DNA of 63,401 nucleotides, the filler included. It is 5 parts of 5 records of this genome, joined end to end, with 100 filler letters (N's around TTAATTAATTAA, not from the genome) between each part and the next. Parts side by side here need not be neighbours in the genome. Positions count along the whole stretch, not along the records: positions 15,418 to 36,383 come from SRR20825019_127; 4 more parts are not named here. The stretch is one strand, 5' to 3'. The translations under genes were made by a program, and so were the position numbers. This document shows, one piece after another, positions 19,298 to 28,043 of this stretch (position 1 is the stretch's first letter; each line of letters opens with the position of its first letter). Below the pieces are notes generated by a model. That model saw nothing but the letters and a program-made list of their open reading frames with translations. It did not search any database and was not told the origin of the DNA.

Positions 19298-20194
19298 GTG
19301 ATGATAGACTTTACTGCACCGCGCCACCGCGCAAAGTTCGGCTATATGCTGCTGGCGCCGGCAGTCATCCTGATGGCTCTGATTGTCGTCTATCCCATCC
19401 TGCTGTCCGTCAGCATCAGCTTTCAGGATGTGCGCATTGCGCGCGTCGGCGGTGATCCTGAGCCCTGGACCTTTGACAACTACATCACCCTCTTCCAGTC
19501 GAGCGAGTTCTGGGATGCCAGCTGGATCACGGCCAAGTTCGTGCTCTTTGTGGGAGGCGTTGCCCTGGTCATCGCGCTGGCAACAGCCATCCTCGTCAAC
19601 CAGCGTTTCCGTGGCCGGTCGGCGGCACGGTTGCTGGTCATGCTGCCATGGGCCGTGCCCGAGGTCGTGGCCACGGTGATCTGGGCCTGGATGCTCGATA
19701 GCTCCTTTGGCGTGGTAAACTGGATGCTGCTGCGCATCGGCCTGATTTCGTCGCAGATCCCATTCACATCCGATCCCAATGCCGCGTTCTTTGCGGTCTC
19801 CTTCGTGATGATCTGGAAGGGCTATCCGATGATGGCGATCATGCTTCTGGCGGGTCTCCAGTCCATCCCCGAGGAACAGTATCAGGCGGCCGAGGTCGAT
19901 GGCGCGGGCGTGTGGCAGCGCTTCTTCTACGTCACCATTCCCAACCTGCTTCCAGTCATTGGCGTAACCCTGATCATGACAACGCTCTGGGTGTTCCGTG
20001 ACTTTGCCATCATCAGCGTGCTGACCAATGGTGGGCCGCTCGGCTCGACCACCACGCTCTCTATCCTCACCTACGAGAAGTCCTTCGCCTTCTTCCGCAT
20101 GGGCGAAGGCGCAGCCGTGGGTGTCATCACCCTGATCATCTGCGCCTTCCTCAGCAGGGGCATGATCGGCCGCTTCGCGCGCTCGGTGCATTAG
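19298..20194 (+). CDS. Carbohydrate ABC transporter permease
   Basis: EAA loop LQSIPEEQYQAAEVDGAG; multiple TM segments. Confidence 0.92.
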   Translation: MMIDFTAPRHRAKFGYMLLAPAVILMALIVVYPILLSVSISFQDVRIARVGGDPEPWTFDNYITLFQSSEFWDASWITAKFVLFVGGVALVIALATAILVNQRFRGRSAARLLVMLPWAVPEVVATVIWAWMLDSSFGVVNWMLLRIGLISSQIPFTSDPNAAFFAVSFVMIWKGYPMMAIMLLAGLQSIPEEQYQAAEVDGAGVWQRFFYVTIPNLLPVIGVTLIMTTLWVFRDFAIISVLTNGGPLGSTTTLSILTYEKSFAFFRMGEGAAVGVITLIICAFLSRGMIGRFARSVH

Positions 20195-20204
20195 GAGACG
20201 CAAG

Positions 20205-21038
20205 ATGAGGACTCGTACCCTTCCAGCCACCATCGCCCTCTATGGCACTGTCGGCGGCGTCCTGCTGGTGCTGCTGTTCCCCATCTACTGGATGGTGATC
20301 ACGGCCCTGTCCCCAGCCAATCAACTGCGCTCTTTTCCGCCGCGCTTTTGGCCGGACAACCCGCAATTCAACGTGTTTGCCGACATTCTGGCGACCCAGC
20401 CGTTCGGCCTGTGGATGGTCAACACGCTGCTCATTGCGGTTGCTACCATGATCCTGTCGCTGACGGTTTCGATCCTGGCGGCCTATGCCCTCTCCCGCCA
20501 TAACCTGCGCGGCGGGGAATCCATCGGTCTCTTCATTCTCCTGGCCAAGATGCTGCCCGCGACACTGCTGATCATTCCGCTCTTTGCCATCTTCAAGTCA
20601 CTCGACCTGGTGGGCAATATCTGGTCGGTTGTCATTTCCCAGGCCACTATGATCGTGCCGTTCGCCACCTGGATGCTCAAGGGTTACTTTGACACCCTGC
20701 CCCATGAGCTCGAGCAGGCGGCCCTGGTCGATGGCTGCTCCCCGCTCGGGGTCATCTTCCGCATCATCCTGCCGATCAGCGCACCCGGGCTGGCCGCCAC
20801 CTCGCTCTACTGCTTTGTCATCAGTTGGTCTGACTATCTCTTTGCCCGCACATTCCTCTCGACCTCTGAATCCACCTGGACACTGAGCATGGGCATCGCT
20901 GCCATGAAAGGCGAGTTCACGACCAACTGGAATGTCATCATGGCCGGGTCGCTCATGGCTTCGGTCCCCATCATCCTGGTGTTCCTCGTGCTGGAACGTT
21001 TCCTTGTCGGCGGCCTGTCCGCCGGCGCAGAAAAATAA
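20205..21038 (+). CDS. Carbohydrate ABC transporter permease
   Basis: EAA loop YFDTLPHELEQAALVDGCS. Confidence 0.92.
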   Translation: MRTRTLPATIALYGTVGGVLLVLLFPIYWMVITALSPANQLRSFPPRFWPDNPQFNVFADILATQPFGLWMVNTLLIAVATMILSLTVSILAAYALSRHNLRGGESIGLFILLAKMLPATLLIIPLFAIFKSLDLVGNIWSVVISQATMIVPFATWMLKGYFDTLPHELEQAALVDGCSPLGVIFRIILPISAPGLAATSLYCFVISWSDYLFARTFLSTSESTWTLSMGIAAMKGEFTTNWNVIMAGSLMASVPIILVFLVLERFLVGGLSAGAEK

Positions 21039-21050
21039 CGGAGTCCGCCG

Positions 21051-22169
21051 GTGGCGAGCGTAACCTTTCAAAACGTCAAGAAGAGCTATGGCGCATTCGA
21101 GGCCATCAAGGACCTGAGCCTGGAAATTGCCGATGGTGAGTTCTGCGTATTCGTCGGCCCTTCCGGCTGCGGCAAGTCGACGGCGCTCAAGATGCTTGCC
21201 GGGCTCGAAGCGACAAGTGGCGGCAATATTCTGATCGGCGGCCGGGATGTGACCGAGCTGGGACCGGGCAAGCGCGATATCGCCATGGTCTTCCAAAACT
21301 ACGCGCTCTACCCGCACATGAGCGTGCACGCCAATATCGGCTTCGGCCTCAAAATGCGCGGCGTACCCAAGGCGGAAATCGACCGCAAGGTGGAGGACGC
21401 GGCGCGCTTGCTTGAATTGACACCCTATTTGTCGCGCAAGCCGCGTGCCTTGTCAGGCGGGCAGCGGCAGCGCGTGGCGCTCGGACGGGCCATTGTGCGC
21501 GAGCCGAGCGCGTTCCTGATGGATGAGCCGCTATCCAATCTCGATGCCAAGCTGCGCGTGCAGACACGCTCGGAAATCGTCAAGCTGCAGCACCGGCTGG
21601 GTGTGACCACGATCTATGTGACCCATGACCAGATTGAGGCGCTGACCATGGCCGATAAGATCGTGGTCATGCGGGCGGGAGAAATCCAGCAGGTCGGCAC
21701 ACCGCAGGACCTGTTCGATACTCCGGTCAACATGTTCGTGGCCGGCTTCATCGGATCGCCCGGCATGAATTTTTTCACCGGCACCGTTGGCGTGGAAGAC
21801 GGCGCTGCCTACACGACCTTTGCCGGGCAGCGCATCGAGTTGCCCCCCGCAGCGGTGCGTTGCGCCAATAGAACGGTTGTATTTGGCATCCGTCCGGAGC
21901 ATATCGGAGTGCTTGGCCAGAACGGAGCCATTCAGATGCCATTGACGCTGGTCGAAAGCCTTGGAACGGAAAAAATCCTTCACCTCCAGACACCGGAAAG
22001 CCATCGGTTGCTCAGCAGTGAACTGGATTTCGGCACCGAGGAGCAGCGCGATGCCCAGACGATGCTGATCAGGGTTATCGACGACCATCGCTATACCAAA
22101 GATCAGGTGGTCAGCCTGAATTTCCCGCGCGACAAAATTCACGTCTTTGACGATGGATTCCGCATCTAG
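21051..22169 (+). CDS. ABC transporter ATP-binding protein (MalK/UgpC type)
   Basis: GPSGCGKS, LSGGQRQR, FLMDEPLSNLD, YVTHDQ, FVAGFIGSP. Confidence 0.95.
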   Translation: MASVTFQNVKKSYGAFEAIKDLSLEIADGEFCVFVGPSGCGKSTALKMLAGLEATSGGNILIGGRDVTELGPGKRDIAMVFQNYALYPHMSVHANIGFGLKMRGVPKAEIDRKVEDAARLLELTPYLSRKPRALSGGQRQRVALGRAIVREPSAFLMDEPLSNLDAKLRVQTRSEIVKLQHRLGVTTIYVTHDQIEALTMADKIVVMRAGEIQQVGTPQDLFDTPVNMFVAGFIGSPGMNFFTGTVGVEDGAAYTTFAGQRIELPPAAVRCANRTVVFGIRPEHIGVLGQNGAIQMPLTLVESLGTEKILHLQTPESHRLLSSELDFGTEEQRDAQTMLIRVIDDHRYTKDQVVSLNFPRDKIHVFDDGFRI

Positions 22170-22183
22170 AACAGGGATCAGAG

Positions 22184-23857
22184 TTGATCGACTTCGACAC
22201 AATCGCCCAGCGTTATCCGGGAGCAGGCACCCTCGTTAAGGGGATTCAGCTGCTCGAAATCATGGCGCGTTCGGAAGGCGCCTGCACCTCGGCATACCTG
22301 CTGCGCGAGACCGGTCTGGCCAAGGCCACGTTCTATCGCTTGCTCGGCGCCCTGGTGGAGTTTGGCTACGTCCGGCACGATTCCCAGCAGAAGACCTACA
22401 AGCTCGGCCAGCGCTTCATTGAACTGGGCCGGCACGCCCTTGAATCCTTCGACATGCGCGCTGTCGCCGAATCCGAACTGACCCGGCTGGCCGGCGAGCT
22501 GAACGAGACCGTCAGTTTCGCTGTCCTCGACAAGGACATGATCCGTCATGTCGACGTGCGTCGCCCGCCCAATCCGATTGCTGTCGGCATCGAGATCGGC
22601 CGCAGCATGCAGGTCATCAACAGTGCCTCCGGCCAGGCGATCCTGTCTGCCATGCCGCCGCACAAGGTCAACGAATACCTGGTGGCAGCCAGCGATGAGG
22701 AGCGGGCTTCGATCCTGTCCGACATGGCAATCAGCCGGTCGCGCGGCTATACGATCAGTAATTCGCGCACGCTGAACGGGGTGATCATCATCGCCGTGCC
22801 CATCCAGGGGCCGCCCAATGTCGGCTATGGCGCCCTCGTCGTCACAGCAATGGCGCAGGCCGTGCCGCCCGAGAGGCGACACGTGATCGGCCGCGATCTC
22901 ATGGAGGCGGCGCGACGGGTCATGGGAAACCTGGGCAGCGCCCCGGTCAGCATCACTCCAAATCCGAGACGCACCATGCATGTCGACGAAGACCTCCATT
23001 GCATCCTGCCGGCGGGAGCGGTCGTCGGCGAAGGGCCCAGCTGGGACGCCCGCCATGGCGTGTTGCGCTGGGTCGATGCTGCTGCGCCATCAATGCATAC
23101 TTTCGATCCTGCCAGTGGCGCTGCCACATCGACGCGCATGCCCTATCTGGTGAGCGCGGTACTGCCCGCATCGGATGGAAAATGCGTGGTTCTCGGCCAG
23201 CACGGCCTCGAGCACTACGACCCAGCCACCCACGTCCTCACCCCCCTGTTCGATCCGGAGCGGCATTTGCCGGGTAATCGTTTCAACGACGCCAAGACCG
23301 ATCACAAGGGTCGGGTCTGGGCCGGAACGATGAGCCTGGATGCGTCCATGCCGACCGGTACTCTTTATCGCTTCGATAGCACAGGTGAAGCCAAGGCCGT
23401 CGATAGTGGCTTTCAGGTTTCCAACGGGCTGGACTGGTCGCCAGATCGCAAGCATTTCTATTTTGTCGATACCGCGCTTCACAGCGTCTTTCGCTACCAG
23501 TTCGACGATGAGACCGGGGAGATCGCCAAGCGCGAAACCTTCCTGCATTTCAAGCCGGAAGACGGCAAGCCCGACGGCCTCTGCGTCGATAGCGCCGGCA
23601 ATGTCTGGGTCGCGCTCTGGGATGGCTGGCGCGTCGCGTGCTATTCGCCCGACGGCAAAATCCTGCGTGAGGTGGACATGCCGGTGCCAAGGCCAACCAG
23701 TTGCTGCCTTGGCGGACCGGAAGGGCGCACGCTGTTCATCACCTCGGCCTCGATCCGGCTGCCTGCGGCGGTGCTGGCCGAGGCGCCCCTTTCGGGCGGG
23801 CTTTTCTGCATCGAAGTCGCGGTGCCCGGTCAACCGGCAACCGAAGTTCTGCTTTGA
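22184..23857 (+). CDS. IclR-family regulator fused to an SMP-30/gluconolactonase domain
   Basis: Residues ~1-255 are an IclR HTH (TGLAKATFYRLLGALVEFGYV) plus effector domain. Residues ~265-557 are an SMP-30 propeller (GEGPSW, RFNDAKTD, SNGLDWSPD, PDGLCVD, PTSCCLGG). No stop between them. Confidence 0.88.
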   Translation: MIDFDTIAQRYPGAGTLVKGIQLLEIMARSEGACTSAYLLRETGLAKATFYRLLGALVEFGYVRHDSQQKTYKLGQRFIELGRHALESFDMRAVAESELTRLAGELNETVSFAVLDKDMIRHVDVRRPPNPIAVGIEIGRSMQVINSASGQAILSAMPPHKVNEYLVAASDEERASILSDMAISRSRGYTISNSRTLNGVIIIAVPIQGPPNVGYGALVVTAMAQAVPPERRHVIGRDLMEAARRVMGNLGSAPVSITPNPRRTMHVDEDLHCILPAGAVVGEGPSWDARHGVLRWVDAAAPSMHTFDPASGAATSTRMPYLVSAVLPASDGKCVVLGQHGLEHYDPATHVLTPLFDPERHLPGNRFNDAKTDHKGRVWAGTMSLDASMPTGTLYRFDSTGEAKAVDSGFQVSNGLDWSPDRKHFYFVDTALHSVFRYQFDDETGEIAKRETFLHFKPEDGKPDGLCVDSAGNVWVALWDGWRVACYSPDGKILREVDMPVPRPTSCCLGGPEGRTLFITSASIRLPAAVLAEAPLSGGLFCIEVAVPGQPATEVLL

Positions 23858-23944
23858 TCCTGGCCCGCACAGACCCGATCCACCGGTGGTGATGTCTGCC
23901 GGTCGCCATCAGCATCGACAATGAGCAGACAGGGAGAAATTCTC

Positions 23945-24877
23945 GTGAGTTCATGTTGTGCGGCAGGCCGTTCATCCCTTGATGGATCGGCACCTGGAGC
24001 AGCGGGGCCGCAGGCCAAGGTGCCGGTGGGCGGCGCGCAGCACGATATGATCAGGGTCGCCGGTGGCAGGAGTTTTGTCGGGACCGACAGTCCTGAATTG
24101 CCACAGGACGGCGAGGGACCGGCCCGCAGGATCGTGCTCGCCGACTTCTGTCTGGAGGCTCAGGCCGTGACGGTCGAGCGGTTTTCCCGCTTTGTCGAAA
24201 TGACCGGATATGTCACCGAGGCCGAGCGACTGGGATGGTCGGTGGTCTTCTTGAACGACAAGACCCATCTTGAGCTGGGGCAAGCCCGCGGCACCAGTGT
24301 GCCATGGTGGCATCGCGTCGACGGGGCCAGTTGGCGCCAGCCAGAAGGTCCCGGCAGCACGGTGGAGGATCGTCAGGACCATCCGGTGACGCAGGTCTCG
24401 TGGACTGACGCCAGGGCCTTCGCGTCTTGGGTTGGCGGGCGATTGCCCTTCGAGGCCGAATGGGAGCATGCAGCGCGCGGTGGTGCCGGGCAAAGGCGCT
24501 TCCCTTGGGGAGACAGCGAGCCGGACGACGAGACCATTCACGCCAATATCTGGCAGGGCCGCTTTCCCGAGTTCAACAGCGGTCAGGACGGATATGAGCT
24601 GACCGCGCCAGCCCGCAGCTTCGCCCCCAATTCACTGGGCTTCTACAATCTGGCCGGCAATGTGTGGGAGTGGACGCAGGATGCCTTCCGCATCCGTTCG
24701 GTTTCCAAGGCGGCACGCCAACGCAATGCCGATGCGCTTGAGCAGGCGCAGAAAGTGCTCAAGGGTGGCTCGTTTCTCTGCCACGTCTCATACTGCTACC
24801 GATATCGGATCGCCGCACGGATGGGACTGCCGCCCGACAGCGCTGCGAGCAATGTCGGATTTCGCGTTGCCGCCTGA
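23945..24877 (+). CDS. Formylglycine-generating enzyme (sulfatase-modifying factor) family protein
   Basis: HPVTQVSWTDA, RLPFEAEWEHAARGG, GNVWEW, KGGSFLCHVSYCYRYRIAAR, GFRV. GTG 23945 has a GGGAGA RBS (ORF track starts at 23921). Confidence 0.88.
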   Translation: MSSCCAAGRSSLDGSAPGAAGPQAKVPVGGAQHDMIRVAGGRSFVGTDSPELPQDGEGPARRIVLADFCLEAQAVTVERFSRFVEMTGYVTEAERLGWSVVFLNDKTHLELGQARGTSVPWWHRVDGASWRQPEGPGSTVEDRQDHPVTQVSWTDARAFASWVGGRLPFEAEWEHAARGGAGQRRFPWGDSEPDDETIHANIWQGRFPEFNSGQDGYELTAPARSFAPNSLGFYNLAGNVWEWTQDAFRIRSVSKAARQRNADALEQAQKVLKGGSFLCHVSYCYRYRIAARMGLPPDSAASNVGFRVAA

Positions 24878-24886
24878 CGCCGCTTG

Positions 24887-25786
24887 CTATTGGCCGCGCA
24901 GACGTCGAACGAATTCCGCTGCCCGGGCGGCGGAAGCGCGCGCTTCCGGAACGGGCAGGTTTTGCCAGCCATGGAAGGCCTTGTCATAGGCATCGAGCTC
25001 AGCGACCAGGCCTGCAGCTCGGGCCGCCTCGACCAGCCGTTCGGCATCGTCATAAAGAATTTCTTCGCTGCCGACCTGAACCAGTATGCCGGTGCCCATG
25101 CCGCGCAGATCGGCAAAGAGCGGCGAGATCGTCGGCTGACGTGGATCGGCGGTGCCGGCATAGTCCTTGGCGAAGCGGTCGAGATAGGGGCCGGTCAGCG
25201 CGGGGTCGAGATCGGCGCGCGAACGGATGCTTGCTCCCGACTGGGTCAGGTCTGTCCAGGGCGAAATCGGGATAGCGGCCAGCGGCAGGGGCATGCCGCG
25301 CTCCTTGAGCGACGCCAGGAGCGCCAGGCAAAGCCCACCACCGGCGGACGAACCGGCGACCACGATGTCGCGCGCAACTCTGCCCGTCCCTAGCAGGTAG
25401 CGATAGGCAGCCAAGGCATCATCCACCGCAGCGGGCCAGGGATTTTCCGGGGCTACCCGGTAATCGACCGAAAGCCCACGCGCACCCAGGGCCCGGCATA
25501 GCCCGGAGATCCCCTTGTGACTGGCTGCGACATTGCCTTTCACATAGGCCCCACCGTGAAAGAACAGATAGACGAGGTCATCACTGGCGTTGGGCGGAAT
25601 GACCCACACTGCCGGCACGCCGCCGGCATCCACGCTCTCATAGATCATGTCGGGGTCGAGCACCTGCCGGGCAACCTTGTCGTCCAGCACGGCACGCATC
25701 TCGGCCAGGGGCTGGGTTTCCTTCATCACCTTGTCGCCCGCTGCATGCGCAGCAGCAAGAAACTCCAGCAATTCAGGACTGGCCAT
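24887..25786 (-). CDS. HSL-family alpha/beta hydrolase (esterase/lipase)
   Basis: HGGAY, DYRVAPE, GSSAGG, ISPWTDL, EILYDD, FHGW. ATG 25786 has a GGAG RBS (ORF track starts at 25813). Confidence 0.88.
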   Translation of the reverse strand: MASPELLEFLAAAHAAGDKVMKETQPLAEMRAVLDDKVARQVLDPDMIYESVDAGGVPAVWVIPPNASDDLVYLFFHGGAYVKGNVAASHKGISGLCRALGARGLSVDYRVAPENPWPAAVDDALAAYRYLLGTGRVARDIVVAGSSAGGGLCLALLASLKERGMPLPLAAIPISPWTDLTQSGASIRSRADLDPALTGPYLDRFAKDYAGTADPRQPTISPLFADLRGMGTGILVQVGSEEILYDDAERLVEAARAAGLVAELDAYDKAFHGWQNLPVPEARASAARAAEFVRRLRGQ

Positions 25787-26693
25787 GATCGGTTCTCCGC
25801 GGATGGTTGGCATAGGCTTTGGGCGGCCCGGAAAGCGGGCGGAACAGGATGAACCCCGATACGACCACCAGCAGCGCCCCGAGCAGCGTCGTTGCCGCCG
25901 GGACGCGATGGTCGATCAGGAAGTCGAACAGTATCGCCCAGAAAATGGCCGAGTAGCGCAGGGCCGACACAACAGTGAGCGGGGCTGTGCGCAGAGCCCG
26001 GATGATCAGCGTGCTACTGCACACATAACAGAGGGCCGCCAGGATGATGGCGAGTACATCGATGGGCACCGGCATGGCCCAGTCCGAGCCACCGGCCAGA
26101 AGTGCGGCAACCGAGCCGCTGAGCACCACCGATATCAGGGCCATCTGCGGTCCGCTCGATGTCACTGGCAGCCGCCGGTTCAAAGCATCACGCAGTGAAT
26201 AGGCAATGGTGGAGGCAAGTGCGAGACCGACGCCCAAAGGCGCGAAGGATACGCTGGGCTGCACCACGATGATGATCCCGGCAAAGCCGATGCCGACGGC
26301 CAGGATATGGCGGCGCGTGACATCTTCCCCAAGCAAGGTAACGGCCAGAACCATGGAGACGATCGGCACCGACATATGGATCGATGTCAGCACCGAAAGC
26401 GGAAGCTCGAAGATCGCCAGGGCAAAGGTAAAGGCGGCCAGCGCGTCGAGCACGGCGCGCATCAGGCCGTTTCGCCCGATCGACAGGAAACGGCCACGGC
26501 CCTGCACCAGTATCCAGACCAGCAGAATGACAGCAGCAATCAGCGAGCGTTCGGCAATTGCCTGTCCAGAGGATGTTGCGGTCAGCAGCTTGAAGGCAGC
26601 GGCGCCAGCCGATCCGCAGAAAATGGCAACCGCCGCAGCTGCAAGGGCGTGATCTCTTGCCGGCAAGTCGGGCACTGGACCGGTCGTGGTCAT
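25773..26693 (-). CDS. DMT/EamA family transporter
   Basis: About ten TM segments; LLGEDV, IIIVVQP, VSALRYSAIFWAILFD. Confidence 0.8.
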   Translation of the reverse strand: MTTTGPVPDLPARDHALAAAAVAIFCGSAGAAAFKLLTATSSGQAIAERSLIAAVILLVWILVQGRGRFLSIGRNGLMRAVLDALAAFTFALAIFELPLSVLTSIHMSVPIVSMVLAVTLLGEDVTRRHILAVGIGFAGIIIVVQPSVSFAPLGVGLALASTIAYSLRDALNRRLPVTSSGPQMALISVVLSGSVAALLAGGSDWAMPVPIDVLAIILAALCYVCSSTLIIRALRTAPLTVVSALRYSAIFWAILFDFLIDHRVPAATTLLGALLVVVSGFILFRPLSGPPKAYANHPRRTDHGQS

Positions 26694-26811
26694 GAAATGG
26701 CGCTTTGGCAGACAGCATGATCGTCGCTTGCGACAGGATGAAACACGTTTGTCATGACGACGCGAGGCCCATTGGAGAACGCTGGACACGCTACGCCAAT
26801 GACATATAAGG

Positions 26812-26849
26812 TTCAACTATGAATTTAGCGTCTCATATATAGAGAATTA
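26812..26849 (+). promoter_or_regulatory. Conserved 38-bp operator-like element, copy 2
   Basis: TTCAACTATGAATTTAGCGTCTCATATATAGAGAATTA; contains TTCA-N4-TGAA and TCTC-N7-GAGA dyads. Confidence 0.75.
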
Positions 26850-26899
26850 CGCATTAGTTTCGCTTGGTGGGCGAGCGGTGCAATGGCCGGAGGGCATGA

Positions 26900-27652
26900 A
26901 TGAGCGTCAGCTATACCGATTTCGTCGGCGAGACAGTCATTGTTACGGGGGCCGCGGCCGGGATTGGTCGCGGCACCGCGCTGGCTTTCCTTCGGCAAGA
27001 CGCCCGGGTTGCCGCGATCGACCGCGTCCAGGATGGCCTGTCAACGCTGGCGGCGGAAGCGGGTGCCGGACAGGTGCTGCCAATCGTTGCGGACGTGACA
27101 AGCGAGGCCGACCTGGTGGCCGCTGTTGTGGAGGCGGCCGAGACACTCGGCCCGCCGCGCTTTCTCGTCAACAATGCCGGCGTCGACGACAGGCGCCCCT
27201 TCGAAGGATTATCTCTGGCTGACTGGCGGTCGGCGCTCGCCGTCAATCTCGACCATCACTTCATTCTTGCCCGTCAGGTCGCGCCACATATGCGCGCACT
27301 TGGGGGCGGCGCAATGGTCAATCTGTCGTCAACCGCATTCATGAAGCTGGCGCCGAACATGACCAGTTACCATGCTGCCAAGGCCGGTATTATCGGGCTG
27401 ACCAATGGCCTGGCGCGCGAACTCGGTCCGGCAAATATCCGGGTCAACGCCATCGCTCCGGGCCGGGTGGTGACCGAGCGGGTCGCCGACCGCGTGGTGA
27501 CCGCCGAATGGATCGAACAGACCAAGGCCCTGCAATGTCTGCCCCAGTTGATCACACCTGATGACATTGCCCAGACGGCGCTGTGGCTCTGTTCGTCAGC
27601 ATCCCGAAGTGTTACCGGCCAAACCATTGTGGTCGACGGCGGTGTGATTTAG
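26900..27652 (+). CDS. SDR oxidoreductase, aldose 1-dehydrogenase-like
   Basis: TGAAAGIG, VNNAGVDDR (resembles NNAxxDDR of xylose/fucose dehydrogenase SDRs), YHAAK, IRVNAIAPG. Confidence 0.8.
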   Translation: MSVSYTDFVGETVIVTGAAAGIGRGTALAFLRQDARVAAIDRVQDGLSTLAAEAGAGQVLPIVADVTSEADLVAAVVEAAETLGPPRFLVNNAGVDDRRPFEGLSLADWRSALAVNLDHHFILARQVAPHMRALGGGAMVNLSSTAFMKLAPNMTSYHAAKAGIIGLTNGLARELGPANIRVNAIAPGRVVTERVADRVVTAEWIEQTKALQCLPQLITPDDIAQTALWLCSSASRSVTGQTIVVDGGVI

Positions 27653-28043
27653 ACACCCAACAGTCAGCCACGATTGGCCTGGTGCGCCTGGCAAAAGCGC
27701 CAAGGGCGAGGGTGAGGGTGAGCGGCTGCAGATTTGTGATGACTTTGCCGAGGCGACCGCCCCAGAACAGTCATCGAGATCATTGCCGAGCCCGAGGCAT
27801 ATGGCCGACACAACGCCGGTCCAGGGCCGAAACGATGTAGCCAGCGCATCCGGCGCGTTTCACATTTTCGCAAAGAAGGCGCGACAGTGGCATTGGCAAG
27901 ATTGGCGCCGCGCGCGAACGCTCGGCATCTTGCGCCATTTCCTCCGAGGTTCCTCCTCGACGTCCTGGCGGTTGCCAGTCTGGAAGGTGTGGCGAGCTTC
28001 CCTGATGTAAACAAAAGGGAACAGTGCTAATACTTGCAGGCTG

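Noticed and set aside
27653-28043. About 390-bp gap with several short ORFs after the SDR
   Set aside because: No frame shows a recognisable motif or clear RBS, so I cannot support a gene or RNA call.
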